Source: an uncultured Actinomycetota bacterium
Lineage (GTDB): Bacteria > Actinomycetota > Actinomycetes > Actinomycetales > Dermatophilaceae
Direction of reading: 5' to 3'
NCBI GenBank assembly: GCA_963795915.1
Contig: CAWCJA010000010.1
Location: 255,049-319,048, forward strand
Length of the DNA stretch: 64,000 bases
Every line of letters begins with the position of its first letter. Within the stretch, counting starts at the first letter, position 1. This document shows, piece by piece, positions 9,228-18,498 of this stretch. Made by a program: the position numbers and the translations under genes. Under the pieces are notes generated by a model. That model searched no databases. It worked only from the letters and a program-made list of their open reading frames with translations, and was not told the origin of the DNA.

Positions 9228-10067
9228 TCACCGGAACCGGGCGGCGAACTCACCGGGCGTCAAGCCCGTGGCCGCCCGGAAGTCGCGGGTGAAGTGGGGC
9301 TGGTCGGCGTAGCCGAGGTCGGCGGCGATCCCGGCCAGCGACGGTCCCTCGTCCCGGAGCCGGTCGGCCGCCTCCTGCAGCCGGCGGCGGCGGATGAGCC
9401 ACGTGGGGCTGAGCCCGATCCGCCGCGACAGCAGCCGCTGGAGGGATCGCTCCGCGATGTCGAAGCGGGCGCACAGGTCCTCGACGCGCAGCAGCTCGGG
9501 GGTCTGCTCCACGTGGCCGACCACCGCGTTGACGAGCAGTCCCTCGTCGTCGACCGGGAGCAGCGACCGCAGGGCACCCTCGACCGCTCCTCGGGCGGTG
9601 GCCTGGGCCGGGGCCGCCTCCGGGGCGTCTCCCATCGCGGCACGCACCTGGTCGGTGAGCTCTGCCCCCGGGAGACCGGGGACCTCGGCGAGCTCCACCC
9701 ACCGGTCGGTGAGGCGACGCACCGGAGCCTGCGTCACGGCATACCCGGCGGCGGGCTGCAGCATGAGGCCGACCGCCCAGCCGCGTCCCTCGAGCACCGT
9801 CTCGGAGATCCCCGACATGACCCCGTAGAACCGGGCGTACGTGTCCGAGATGACGACGAGACAGACGGGGTACTGCAGCACGCGTTGTGGCGCCTGGTGG
9901 CCGGACGGCACGTCCCACACGGGGATCCAGAACCGGCGGGCCACGTCGGCGAGGTCCGGCGAGACGGGGTGGCGCGCGATCGTGAAGGAGCGGTCGGCCG
10001 GGTCCACGAGGTGCGCCCGCTCGACGTCGTCGCGGCCCCGCGCCAGGCGGGACGCGTCGACGGGCAT
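9228..10067 (-). CDS. AraC-family transcriptional regulator (DUF6597-type N-terminus)
   Basis: C-terminal RSLQRL...RRRLQEAA...LGYADQPHFTRDFR HTH; divergent from TIGR03086 gene. Confidence 0.88.
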   Translation of the reverse strand: MPVDASRLARGRDDVERAHLVDPADRSFTIARHPVSPDLADVARRFWIPVWDVPSGHQAPQRVLQYPVCLVVISDTYARFYGVMSGISETVLEGRGWAVGLMLQPAAGYAVTQAPVRRLTDRWVELAEVPGLPGAELTDQVRAAMGDAPEAAPAQATARGAVEGALRSLLPVDDEGLLVNAVVGHVEQTPELLRVEDLCARFDIAERSLQRLLSRRIGLSPTWLIRRRRLQEAADRLRDEGPSLAGIAADLGYADQPHFTRDFRAATGLTPGEFAARFR

Positions 10068-10155
10068 GTGTCGGAAAGTATCAAGACCCGCCCCCGGAGC
10101 CGGTCCTAGCGTCGAACCACCGAAGACAGAACCCGACCCACGCAGGAGACACCTG

Positions 10156-10716
10156 ATGGACCACACGACCGAGACCACCCCGCTGCAGGCCTACACCGAT
10201 CTGGCCATGCCCTTCGCCGCCGTCGTCGAGCGGCTAGACCCCTCCGACTGGGACCGTCCGTCCCCCTGCGAGGGCTGGTCGGCCCGCGACGTGCTCGCGC
10301 ACGTGATCGACACCCAGCGGCAGTTCCTCGAGGCGCGCGGCCTCGACGTCGGCGACCGGCCCGACCTGGGCGACCCGACATCGGCCTGGGAACGCCACGC
10401 GAGTCGGGTGCAGGACCTGCTGGGCGACGCCAGCGTCGCCGGCCTGGTGTACGACGGGGTCTTCGGCCGCACGACGGTCGGCGCCTCGATGGTGCGGTTC
10501 TACGGGTTCGACCTCGTCGTCCACCGCTGGGACATCGCCCGGTCGGCCGGGCTGGACGAGCCGCTGAGCGACGCCGAGCTCGAGATGGTCGACACCGCGG
10601 CCGACGGGTTCGGCGGGCACCTCTACGACGAGGGGGTGTGCCGGACGGCCGTCGACGTGAGCGACGACGCCGACCGGCAGACGCGCGTGCTGGCGCGCCT
10701 CGGCCGCGCCGCCTGA
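10156..10716 (+). CDS. TIGR03086-type / MDMPI-like metal-binding protein
   Basis: WDRPSPCEGWSARDVLAHV and DLVVHRWDIAR; AGGAG RBS. Confidence 0.85.
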   Translation: MDHTTETTPLQAYTDLAMPFAAVVERLDPSDWDRPSPCEGWSARDVLAHVIDTQRQFLEARGLDVGDRPDLGDPTSAWERHASRVQDLLGDASVAGLVYDGVFGRTTVGASMVRFYGFDLVVHRWDIARSAGLDEPLSDAELEMVDTAADGFGGHLYDEGVCRTAVDVSDDADRQTRVLARLGRAA

Positions 10717-10768
10717 GGCCGACGGGATCGACCTCCCTGCACCCGGGCGGGTGCGCCAGGATGGCCGT

Positions 10769-11713
10769 ATGCGTCCGATGCTCGCGACCCCAGGTCGGGC
10801 CATCCCACCGGGCGAGCAGTGGGTGCACGAGGTCAAGTGGGACGGGATGCGGGTGCTCGCCGACGTCGTCGACGGCCGGCTCACCCTGACCAGCCGCACC
10901 GAGCGCGACGTCACCGTGGCCTTCCCCGAGCTGGCCGGCCTCGCCGACGAGTACGAGGACATGCTGCTCGACGGCGAGGTGGTGGCGCTGCACGACGGGG
11001 TGCCGTCGTTCGCGGCGCTCGCCGAGCGGTTCCACGTGACGAGCGCGCGGCGGGCCGCGGCCCAGGCGACCCACAACCCCGCCACGCTGATGGCGTTCGA
11101 CCTGCTGCGTCTCTACGGCGTCGACCTGACCGCCCGGTCCTTCGCCGACCGGCGCGCCACGCTGGAGCGCCTGGAGCTGGCCGGCCGGCACTGGCAGGTG
11201 CCGCCGACCTTCGCCGACGGACGGTCCCTCCACGACGCGACGCGCGACCAGGGCCTGGAGGGGATCGTCAGCAAGCGGGTCTCCTCGCGGTACCACCCCG
11301 GGGTGCGCAGCGAGGAGTGGCTGAAGTTCCCCCACCGCACGTCGATCTCGCTGGTCATCGGCGGCTGGCGCCCCGAGACCGACACGACCGACCGGATGGG
11401 CGCCGTGCTGGTCGGCGCGCCGGAGCCGGGCGGGCTGCGCTACCTCGGCCGCGTGGGCAGCGGCATCGCCGGGAAGGCCGGCGCCGCCCTGCGCACCGAC
11501 CTGGAGCCGCTGGCCGTCGCGACCTCCCCCTTCGTCGACGAGGTGCCCCGCGTCGACGCCGTCGGGGCCACCTGGGTGCACCCCCTCCTCGTCTGCGAGG
11601 TGCAGGCGCTGGGGCTGACCCGCCAGGGGCGGCTGCGGCAACCGGCCTACCGGGGCCTGCGGCCCGACCTGACGCCCGCGGACGTCGACGTCACGGACGT
11701 GCCCCGTGCCTGA
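10769..11713 (+). CDS. ligD: ATP-dependent DNA ligase (LigD ligase domain only)
   Basis: MRPMLA, motif I EVKWDG, LDGEVVA, FDLL, EGIVSKR, WLKF, OB domain RQPAYRGLRPD. Confidence 0.9.
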   Translation: MRPMLATPGRAIPPGEQWVHEVKWDGMRVLADVVDGRLTLTSRTERDVTVAFPELAGLADEYEDMLLDGEVVALHDGVPSFAALAERFHVTSARRAAAQATHNPATLMAFDLLRLYGVDLTARSFADRRATLERLELAGRHWQVPPTFADGRSLHDATRDQGLEGIVSKRVSSRYHPGVRSEEWLKFPHRTSISLVIGGWRPETDTTDRMGAVLVGAPEPGGLRYLGRVGSGIAGKAGAALRTDLEPLAVATSPFVDEVPRVDAVGATWVHPLLVCEVQALGLTRQGRLRQPAYRGLRPDLTPADVDVTDVPRA

Positions 11714-12650
11714 GCGGGCGGCCGGCGCCGGGCGCGGCGAGAAGGTCAGTGTCGAGGTCGCGGGCCGCCGGCTGGCCGTGAGCAACCTCGACAAGGTCAT
11801 GTACCCCGCCACGGAGACCACCAAGGGCGAGGTGCTCAGCTACTACGCCCAGGTCGCCCCGGTCATCCTCCCGCTCCTGGGCCGGCGCGCGGTGACCCGC
11901 ATCCGTTGGCCCCACGGCGTCGAGGGCCCGAGCTTCTTCGAGAAGAACCTGCCCTCCGGCGCCCCCGACTGGCTGCCCCGCGTCACGGTCTCGTCGCACG
12001 GCCGCGACGCCGAGGAGCACCCCGAGCGCGACCGGCTCACCTACCCGCTCGTGCTCGACCTCGCCGACCTCACCTACCTCGTCAACCTCGCTTCGCTGGA
12101 GCTGCACGTGCACCAGTGGCAGGTCGACGAGGAGGGGCACCCGCTCGAGCCCGACCGCCTCGTCATCGACCTCGACCCCGGGTCGGGCGCGGGGCTGCAG
12201 CAGTGCGCGCAGGTGGCCCTGTGGGTGCGGCCCCGGCTGGCGGAGATGGGGCTCGACGTGACCGTGCCCGTGACGAGCGGGAGCAAGGGCATGCAGCTGT
12301 ATGCCGTGCTGCCGGGCCGGCACTCCGCCGACGACATCCGGGCGCTCGCGCAGCAGCTCGCCCAGGAGATGACCAAGGAGCATCCCGACCTCGTCGTGTG
12401 GAAGATGACCAAGTCCCTTCGTCCCGGGAAGGTGCTGCTCGACTGGAGCCAGAACACGGCCGCGAAGACGACGATCTGCCCCTATTCGCTGCGCGGGAAG
12501 GCGGCGCCGTATGCCGCGGCGCCGCGGTCCTGGGACGAGGTCGAGAAAGGCGCCCGGTCGGCGACGGGGATGACCCAGCTGCTCATGGACGAGGTGCTGA
12601 CCCGCCTCGACGAGGTCGGCGACCTCGCGGCGGCACTCGTGGGCAGATAG
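11706..12650 (+). CDS. ligD: LigD polymerase (PrimPol) domain protein
   Basis: SNLDKVMYP, RWPHGV...FFEKN, PDRLVIDLDPG, SGSKG, DWSQN...KTTICPYSLR; overlaps the ligase stop by 8 bp. Confidence 0.92.
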   Translation: MPERAAGAGRGEKVSVEVAGRRLAVSNLDKVMYPATETTKGEVLSYYAQVAPVILPLLGRRAVTRIRWPHGVEGPSFFEKNLPSGAPDWLPRVTVSSHGRDAEEHPERDRLTYPLVLDLADLTYLVNLASLELHVHQWQVDEEGHPLEPDRLVIDLDPGSGAGLQQCAQVALWVRPRLAEMGLDVTVPVTSGSKGMQLYAVLPGRHSADDIRALAQQLAQEMTKEHPDLVVWKMTKSLRPGKVLLDWSQNTAAKTTICPYSLRGKAAPYAAAPRSWDEVEKGARSATGMTQLLMDEVLTRLDEVGDLAAALVGR

Positions 12651-12696
12651 GCGCAGGACGGGTTTTTCGGGGCCATCGGCAGGCAAACACCGCGCA

Positions 12697-12730
12697 AAAA
12701 GGGACATCCACAGCAATGGATGTCCCTTTT
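12697..12730. terminator. Bidirectional intrinsic terminator between ligD-pol and lsr2
   Basis: Perfect 14-bp inverted repeat AAAAGGGACATCCA-N6-TGGATGTCCCTTTT with T-runs on both strands. Confidence 0.85.
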
Positions 12731-12828
12731 CGGCATTAAACCCGGTATTCAGGCTGCGCGTGGGGTGTGCCGGTCAACCGAGCCCGGGCACCCCTGAGGG
12801 TCCAGCGCGGCTAGCGCGTTCAGCTCGT

Positions 12829-13179
12829 TCAGTGGGCCTTGTCGTAGGCCTCCTGGACGGCGGCCGAGACGCGGCCGCGGTCGCTGACCTGGTGGCCGTG
12901 CTCACGGGCCCAGGCCCGCACGGCGGCGAGGTCGCTGCGCTTGGCGGCGCCCGACGTGGAGGAGGAGGAGGAGGAGCTGGGGCGGCGGCCCGCAGCACGA
13001 CGGCCGCCCGCGCGGCGCGCGTGGCCGATCCAGGTGGCAAGCTCGTCCCGCAGCTTGCCGGCGTTCTGGTCGCTCAGGTCGATCTCGTAGCTGACGCCGT
13101 CGAGACCGAAGGTCACGGTCTCGGCGGCCTCGCCACCGTCGAGGTCGTCCTCGAGGACGATCTGGACACGTTGTGCCAT
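12829..13179 (-). CDS. lsr2: Nucleoid-associated protein Lsr2
   Basis: MAQRVQIVLEDDLDG, YEIDLS, VRAWAREHG...DRGRV. Confidence 0.97.
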   Translation of the reverse strand: MAQRVQIVLEDDLDGGEAAETVTFGLDGVSYEIDLSDQNAGKLRDELATWIGHARRAGGRRAAGRRPSSSSSSSTSGAAKRSDLAAVRAWAREHGHQVSDRGRVSAAVQEAYDKAH

Positions 13180-13273
13180 GAAGAGTGTTCCTTTCGACTT
13201 ACATCAAGCAGGGGGATTGATGTAGGCGGTGGTTCGGGGCCCGGTCGAATAACCGGTGCCGATCCCAGAGTAA

Positions 13274-13468
13274 TCACTCCGTCGGTTTTTGGGAATTCTC
13301 CTCGACATTGCCCGTGTCGGCCCTTCGGTGCTCCGCTTCCCATTTCGACTGGGCAAGCCGTTCGCGGCGGTCACCTTCGAGAATGGTCTTGATGAGGAAA
13401 TAGAACAACGTGCCCACGGCGACGGTCGGCAGCAGCGCGGCGACATAGGGAAAGACGGCGTCCCACAT
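13274..13468 (-). CDS. Small single-TM hypothetical protein between lysS and lsr2
   Basis: One hydrophobic helix followed by DRRERLAQ; starts 3 bp after the lysS stop. Confidence 0.7.
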   Translation of the reverse strand: MWDAVFPYVAALLPTVAVGTLFYFLIKTILEGDRRERLAQSKWEAEHRRADTGNVEENSQKPTE

Positions 13469-13471
13469 CGC

Positions 13472-15013
13472 TCAGTCCTCCGGCTTCAGCAGGGGGAAGA
13501 GGATGGTCTCGCGGATGTTGACGCCGGTGAAGAGCATGACCATCCGGTCGAGCCCCAGCCCGAGCCCGCCCATCGGGGGCGCGCCGTACTCCAGCGCCCG
13601 CAGGAAGTCCTCGTCGAGCTGCATGGCCTCCTCGTCGCCGCCGGCGGCCAGGCGCGACTGGGCGGTGAGGACCTCCCGCTGCACGACCGGGTCGACGAGC
13701 TCGGAGAACCCCGTGCCCCGCTCGACGCCGGCGATGATGAGGTCCCACGCCTCGATGAGCCCGGGCTCGCTGCGGTGCGGCCGGGCCAGCGGCTGCGCCG
13801 ACGCCGGGTAGTCGCAGAGGAACGTCGGCTGCAGGAGCGTGGGCTCCACCAGCTCGCCGAGCAGCTCGAGGGCGACCTTCTCCGCGGACCAGCCCGGGTC
13901 GACCGCGATGTCGTGCTTCGCGGCATACCCCTGCAGGGTCGCCAGCGGCGTCTCGACGGTGACCACCTCGCCGACCGCCTCGCTGATGCCCTCGTAGACC
14001 GGCAGCCACCGCCACTCGTCCGTGTCGGAGCCGAGGTCGACGGTGCCCTGCGGGGTCTCGATGGTGCGCGAGCCGAGGGTGTCGGCGACGGCGAGGTAGA
14101 GGTCGCGGGTCAGGGCGGCGATGCTCGTCTGGTCGCCGTAGGCCTGGTAGGCCTCGAGCATGGAGAACTCGGGGCTGTGGGTGGCATCGACGCCCTCGTT
14201 CCGGAAGATACGGCCGAGCTCGTAGACCCGGTCGACCCCGCCGACGACGGCCTTCTTCAGCGGCAGCTCCAGCGCGATCCGCAGGGTCATGTCCTGCTGG
14301 AAGGCGTTGAGGTGGGTGCGGAAGGGGCGGGCCGCGGCGCCGCCGTGCACCAGCTGGAGCACCGGGGTCTCGATCTCGACGTAGTCCTGCCGGTAGAGCT
14401 CCTCCCGGATCGCCCGGGTCACGGCCGCCCGCGTGCGCACGAGGTCGCGGGCCTCCTGCCGCACGACGAGGTCGGCGTACCGCTGGCGGACCCGGGTCTC
14501 CTCGGACAGCTCCTTGTGCAGGGTGGGCAGGGGCCGCAGCGCCTTGCTCGCCATCAGCCACGACGTCGCCAGCACCGACAGCTCGCCGCGCCGGCTCGAG
14601 ATGACGCGCCCCTCGACGACCACGTGGTCCCCGATGTCGACCAGGGCCTTCCAGTCGGCGAGCGCCTGCTCCCCGACCTCGCCCAGGCTGAGCATGACCT
14701 GCAGCCGGGTGCCGACCCCCTCCTGCAGGGTGGCGAAGCAGAGCTTGCCGGTGTTGCGCACGAAGACGACCCGCCCGGCGACGCGGACGACCTCGTCGGT
14801 CTCCTCGCCGGTCTCGAGGTGGCCCCAGGCCTCGCGGACGGCCTGCAGGGTATGCGTGCGCGCGACGTCCACGGGGTAGGCCGCGACCCCGGCGTCGAGC
14901 AGCCGCTGCCGCTTCTCGCGCCGCACCCGCATCTGCTCCGGCAGGTCGTCGGAGGTCGGGTCGGAGGTCGTCTGGGCGGCGGTCTCGTCGGCCGGGCGCG
15001 GCGGGGCAGTCAC
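13472..15013 (-). CDS. lysS: Lysine--tRNA ligase (class II)
   Basis: RVRQRYADL, IETPVLQ, GAAARPF, RIFRNEG...HSPEF, YGAPPMGGLGLGLDR; start estimated at GTG 15013. Confidence 0.97.
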   Translation of the reverse strand: MTAPPRPADETAAQTTSDPTSDDLPEQMRVRREKRQRLLDAGVAAYPVDVARTHTLQAVREAWGHLETGEETDEVVRVAGRVVFVRNTGKLCFATLQEGVGTRLQVMLSLGEVGEQALADWKALVDIGDHVVVEGRVISSRRGELSVLATSWLMASKALRPLPTLHKELSEETRVRQRYADLVVRQEARDLVRTRAAVTRAIREELYRQDYVEIETPVLQLVHGGAAARPFRTHLNAFQQDMTLRIALELPLKKAVVGGVDRVYELGRIFRNEGVDATHSPEFSMLEAYQAYGDQTSIAALTRDLYLAVADTLGSRTIETPQGTVDLGSDTDEWRWLPVYEGISEAVGEVVTVETPLATLQGYAAKHDIAVDPGWSAEKVALELLGELVEPTLLQPTFLCDYPASAQPLARPHRSEPGLIEAWDLIIAGVERGTGFSELVDPVVQREVLTAQSRLAAGGDEEAMQLDEDFLRALEYGAPPMGGLGLGLDRMVMLFTGVNIRETILFPLLKPED

Positions 15014-15087
15014 ACCCTCCAGGGTACGAGGCTCCGAGCGAGGTCCGACGCACGCACGACCGCCACGGGTGCGGCTACGGTGCAGGC

Positions 15088-15837
15088 GTGGGGTCAGGAG
15101 CCGACTGGGCGCAGCCGCTCCCGGTGCGTCGGGTGCGGGCGGACGGCGACCGGCCACTGCCCCCGGACCGGTGGCCGGCCACGCTCGCGCCGGTGGCCCA
15201 GCTCCTGCGCGACGGTCTCGGCCTCGGCCCCGCCACCGTGCTCGTCGGGGAGAACGGCTCCGGCAAGTCGACCGTCGTCGAGGCGGTCGCGATGGCCTTC
15301 GGGATGAACGCCGAAGGCGGCTCCACCGGGGCCATGCACCGCACCTGGGCGAGCGAGTCACCGCTCCATCAGGCCCTGGCCATCGAGCGGGGCCCCGGCG
15401 CCAGCCGGTGGGGGTACTTCGTCCGGGCCGAGACGATGCACGGCCTCTTCACCTTCCTCGACGGCTCGAGGGCGGACTCCCGCATCCTGGACCCCGAGTT
15501 CCACCGGCTCAGCCACGGGGAGTCGTTCCTCGCCATGCTGTCCACCAACCGGTTCCGCGACACCGGGTTCTTCGTTCTCGACGAGCCGGAGGCCGGCCTC
15601 TCGTTCGGCGCCCAGCTGGCCCTCGTCGGCGAGCTGGCCACCCTCGCCGCTCGCACCGGGACCCAGGTACTGGTCGCGACCCACTCGCCCGTCATCGCCA
15701 GCCTGCCCGGCGCCACCCTGCTCGAGCTCGACGAGACGGGGTTCCACGAGACGGCCTGGGCCGACCTGGCGCTCGTGAACCACCACCGGCGGTTCCTGGA
15801 GGGTCCCGAGCGCTACCTGCGCCACCTGAGGCCGTGA
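15088..15837 (+). CDS. Stand-alone ABC/AAA-type ATPase (COG3910-like)
   Basis: Walker A GENGSGKST, signature LSHGES, Walker B FVLDEPE, H-loop ATHSP. Confidence 0.85.
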   Translation: MGSGADWAQPLPVRRVRADGDRPLPPDRWPATLAPVAQLLRDGLGLGPATVLVGENGSGKSTVVEAVAMAFGMNAEGGSTGAMHRTWASESPLHQALAIERGPGASRWGYFVRAETMHGLFTFLDGSRADSRILDPEFHRLSHGESFLAMLSTNRFRDTGFFVLDEPEAGLSFGAQLALVGELATLAARTGTQVLVATHSPVIASLPGATLLELDETGFHETAWADLALVNHHRRFLEGPERYLRHLRP

Positions 15838-15874
15838 CCCTCCGCCGTCGGAGGGGCGCCCTGCGACGGGCGGG

Positions 15875-16765
15875 TCAGGCGTCGGCGGGAAGGAGGTCGA
15901 GGGCGAGGTCGAGGATCGGGGAGGAGTGGGTGAGGCCCCCGACGCTGAGGTAGTCGACCCCGGTCTCGGCGTAGGCGCGAGCGACCTCCAGGGTGAGCCC
16001 ACCCGTGGCCTCGATCTCCACCGGTCCCGGACGGGACCGCAGCGCCGCGACGGTCTCGGCCAACTCGGACACCGACATGTTGTCGGCCATGACGAACCGC
16101 GCACCCACGTCGTAGGCCTCGAGCGCCTCCGCGACGGTGGTCACCTCGACCTCCACGTCGACGTCGGGGTAGGCCGAACGCACCGCGGCATACGCGGCCC
16201 GGAGGGAACCGGCGGCGAGCTTGTGGTTGTCCTTGATCATGGCCACGTCGAAGAGGCCCAGCCGCTTGTTGGTGCCGCCGCCGACGCGCACGGCGTACTT
16301 CTCGAGGGCGCGGAGGCCGGGGGTCGTCTTGCGGGTGTCGAGCACGGTGGCGCCGGTGCCGGCCAGCGCGTCGGCCCAGCAGCGGGTATGCGTGGCGATG
16401 CCGGAGAGGCGGCAGACGACGTTGAGCAGGGTGCGCTCGCCGATGAGCACGGTGCGCAGCGGGCCGGTCACCCGAGCCACGACGTCACCCCGCTCGACGG
16501 CCGTGCCGTCGGTCACGAGCAGGTCCACCTGCGCCGGGCCGGTGTCGACGAGCCGGGCCACCTCGTCGAGCACGAGCCGCACGGCCTCGAGACCGGCGAC
16601 GACTCCCGGAGCGCGGGCGACGACGGCGGCGCTGCGCACCTGGTCGGCCGGGATCGTCGCCAGCGTCGTGACGTCGAGGTGGTTGGGGCCGAGGTCCTCG
16701 TCGAGGGCCACGCGCACGACGCGACGGGCGTCGTCCAGCGGGAACGTCTCGGCTGCGCCCGTCAT
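15875..16765 (-). CDS. nadC: Nicotinate-nucleotide pyrophosphorylase (carboxylating)
   Basis: ERTLLN, DTRKTTPGLR, IKDNH, EATGG, VDYLSVGGLTHS. Confidence 0.96.
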   Translation of the reverse strand: MTGAAETFPLDDARRVVRVALDEDLGPNHLDVTTLATIPADQVRSAAVVARAPGVVAGLEAVRLVLDEVARLVDTGPAQVDLLVTDGTAVERGDVVARVTGPLRTVLIGERTLLNVVCRLSGIATHTRCWADALAGTGATVLDTRKTTPGLRALEKYAVRVGGGTNKRLGLFDVAMIKDNHKLAAGSLRAAYAAVRSAYPDVDVEVEVTTVAEALEAYDVGARFVMADNMSVSELAETVAALRSRPGPVEIEATGGLTLEVARAYAETGVDYLSVGGLTHSSPILDLALDLLPADA

Positions 16766-18498
16766 GGCGTCGTCTCCTTCGGCACCGGGTGGTACGTGGC
16801 CGTGACGACCCCGTCGAGGCCGCGCACGGACTGCAGGTGGCCCAGCCAGTGGGCGTCGTCGCGCTCGGGGAAGTCGGAGCGCAGGTGGCCGCCACGGGTC
16901 TCCTCGCGCAGGGAGGCGACCTGGGTGAGCACCTGGCCCAGCTGCAGCAGGTTGGTGGCCTGCCACGCGGCCGGGCCGGGGGTCTCCGAGCCGGGCGCCG
17001 CGCCCTTGGCCAGCACGGCCAGCTCGTCGGCCGTGGCCGCCAGCCCCTGGGCGGAGCGGACCACGCCGCTGCCGGCCGTCATCGCGCGCTGCACGTCGCG
17101 CCGGTGCTCCGCAGCGAGGATCGCCTCGTCCGCGGCGGCGGAGGGGACGGCCGCCCCGACGAGGCTCCCGACGATCGCCGGGTCGACGGCCGCGAGCTCG
17201 CCGGCGGCGAAGCGCGAGGTGATGTCGTCGGCGATGCGGTGGGCGAAGACCAGCCCCTCCAGCAGTGAGTTCGACGCGAGCCGGTTGGCGCCGTGGACCC
17301 CCGAGCACGAGACCTCGCCGCACGCGTACAGCCCGTCGAGCGACGACCGGCCCGTGAGGTCGACCTTCACGCCACCGCTGGCGTAGTGCTGGGCGGGCGC
17401 CACCGGCACGAGGTCGGTGGCGAGGTCGAAGCCGTGGCTGCGCAGGCTCGCGACGATGGAGGGGAACCGGCGCTCGAGGAAGTCGCGGCCGAGGTGGCGG
17501 GCGTCGAGGAAGACGTGGTCGGTGCGGGTGTCGCGCATCCGGGCGACGATGGCCCGCGAGACGACGTCGCGCGGGGCGAGGTCACCGAGCTCGTGCGCCC
17601 CCTGCATGAACCGCACCCCGTCGGGCTGGTCACTGTCGACGAGGAACGCGCCCTCGCCGCGTACCGCCTCGCTGATGAGAGGCTGCTGGCCGTTGGCCCC
17701 CTCGCCGAGCCACAGCACCGTGGGGTGGAACTGCACGAACTCGACGTCGGCCATGACCGCGCCGGCGCGCAGGGCGATGGCCATGCCGTCGCCGGTCGCG
17801 ACCGACGGGTTGGTCGTGGCGGTGTAGAGCTGGCCCAGACCCCCGGTGGCGAGGACGACCGCTCGCGCGTGGGCCGCTCCGACCCCGTCCACCTGACCCT
17901 CGCCGATGACGTGCACGGTGACGCCGCAGACCCGCCCGTCGTCGGTCTGCAGGAGGTCGACGACGAGTGCGTGCTCGATGACCTGGATGTTGGGGTCGGA
18001 CTGCACTCGGTGCAGGGCCTCGATGAGCGCCCGGCTGATCTCCTTGCCGGTGGCGTCCCCGCCGGCGTGGGCGATGCGGTCGCGGTGGTGGCCGCCCTCG
18101 CGGGTCAGCAGGATCTGTCCCTCGGCGTCGCGGTCGAACTCCGCGCCGAGCGCGACGAGCTCGCGCACCCGCTGTGGGCCCTCGGTGACCAACGCGCGCA
18201 CGGCGGTCTCGTCGCACAGCCCGACCCCGGCGACGAGGGTGTCCTCGAGGTGCTCCTCCGGGGAGTCGGCGGGGTCCATCGCCGCAGCGATCCCGCCCTG
18301 CGCCCACGCCGTCGACCCCTCGTTGAGGACGGTCTTGGTGACGAGCAGCACGGTGTCGACCTGCTCGCGCAGGCGCAGGGCCGCTGTGAGCCCGGCGATG
18401 CCCGAGCCGACGACGATGACGTCGGCCGAGGTCGCCCACCCGGGTGGGGGCGCCGCCAGCCGGCGGGGCACGTGCACGGGCACGGGGGTATGCGTCAT
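16762..18498 (-). CDS. nadB: L-aspartate oxidase
   Basis: GSGIAG, WAQGGIA, EGGHHRDRI, QFHPT, SEAVRGEG, GVHGANRLASNSL. Confidence 0.96.
   Translation of the reverse strand: MTHTPVPVHVPRRLAAPPPGWATSADVIVVGSGIAGLTAALRLREQVDTVLLVTKTVLNEGSTAWAQGGIAAAMDPADSPEEHLEDTLVAGVGLCDETAVRALVTEGPQRVRELVALGAEFDRDAEGQILLTREGGHHRDRIAHAGGDATGKEISRALIEALHRVQSDPNIQVIEHALVVDLLQTDDGRVCGVTVHVIGEGQVDGVGAAHARAVVLATGGLGQLYTATTNPSVATGDGMAIALRAGAVMADVEFVQFHPTVLWLGEGANGQQPLISEAVRGEGAFLVDSDQPDGVRFMQGAHELGDLAPRDVVSRAIVARMRDTRTDHVFLDARHLGRDFLERRFPSIVASLRSHGFDLATDLVPVAPAQHYASGGVKVDLTGRSSLDGLYACGEVSCSGVHGANRLASNSLLEGLVFAHRIADDITSRFAAGELAAVDPAIVGSLVGAAVPSAAADEAILAAEHRRDVQRAMTAGSGVVRSAQGLAATADELAVLAKGAAPGSETPGPAAWQATNLLQLGQVLTQVASLREETRGGHLRSDFPERDDAHWLGHLQSVRGLDGVVTATYHPVPKETTP

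Noticed and set aside
12730-12829. Possible small RNA between the terminator and lsr2
   Set aside because: No recognisable family or strong structure; most simply the lsr2 3-prime UTR.
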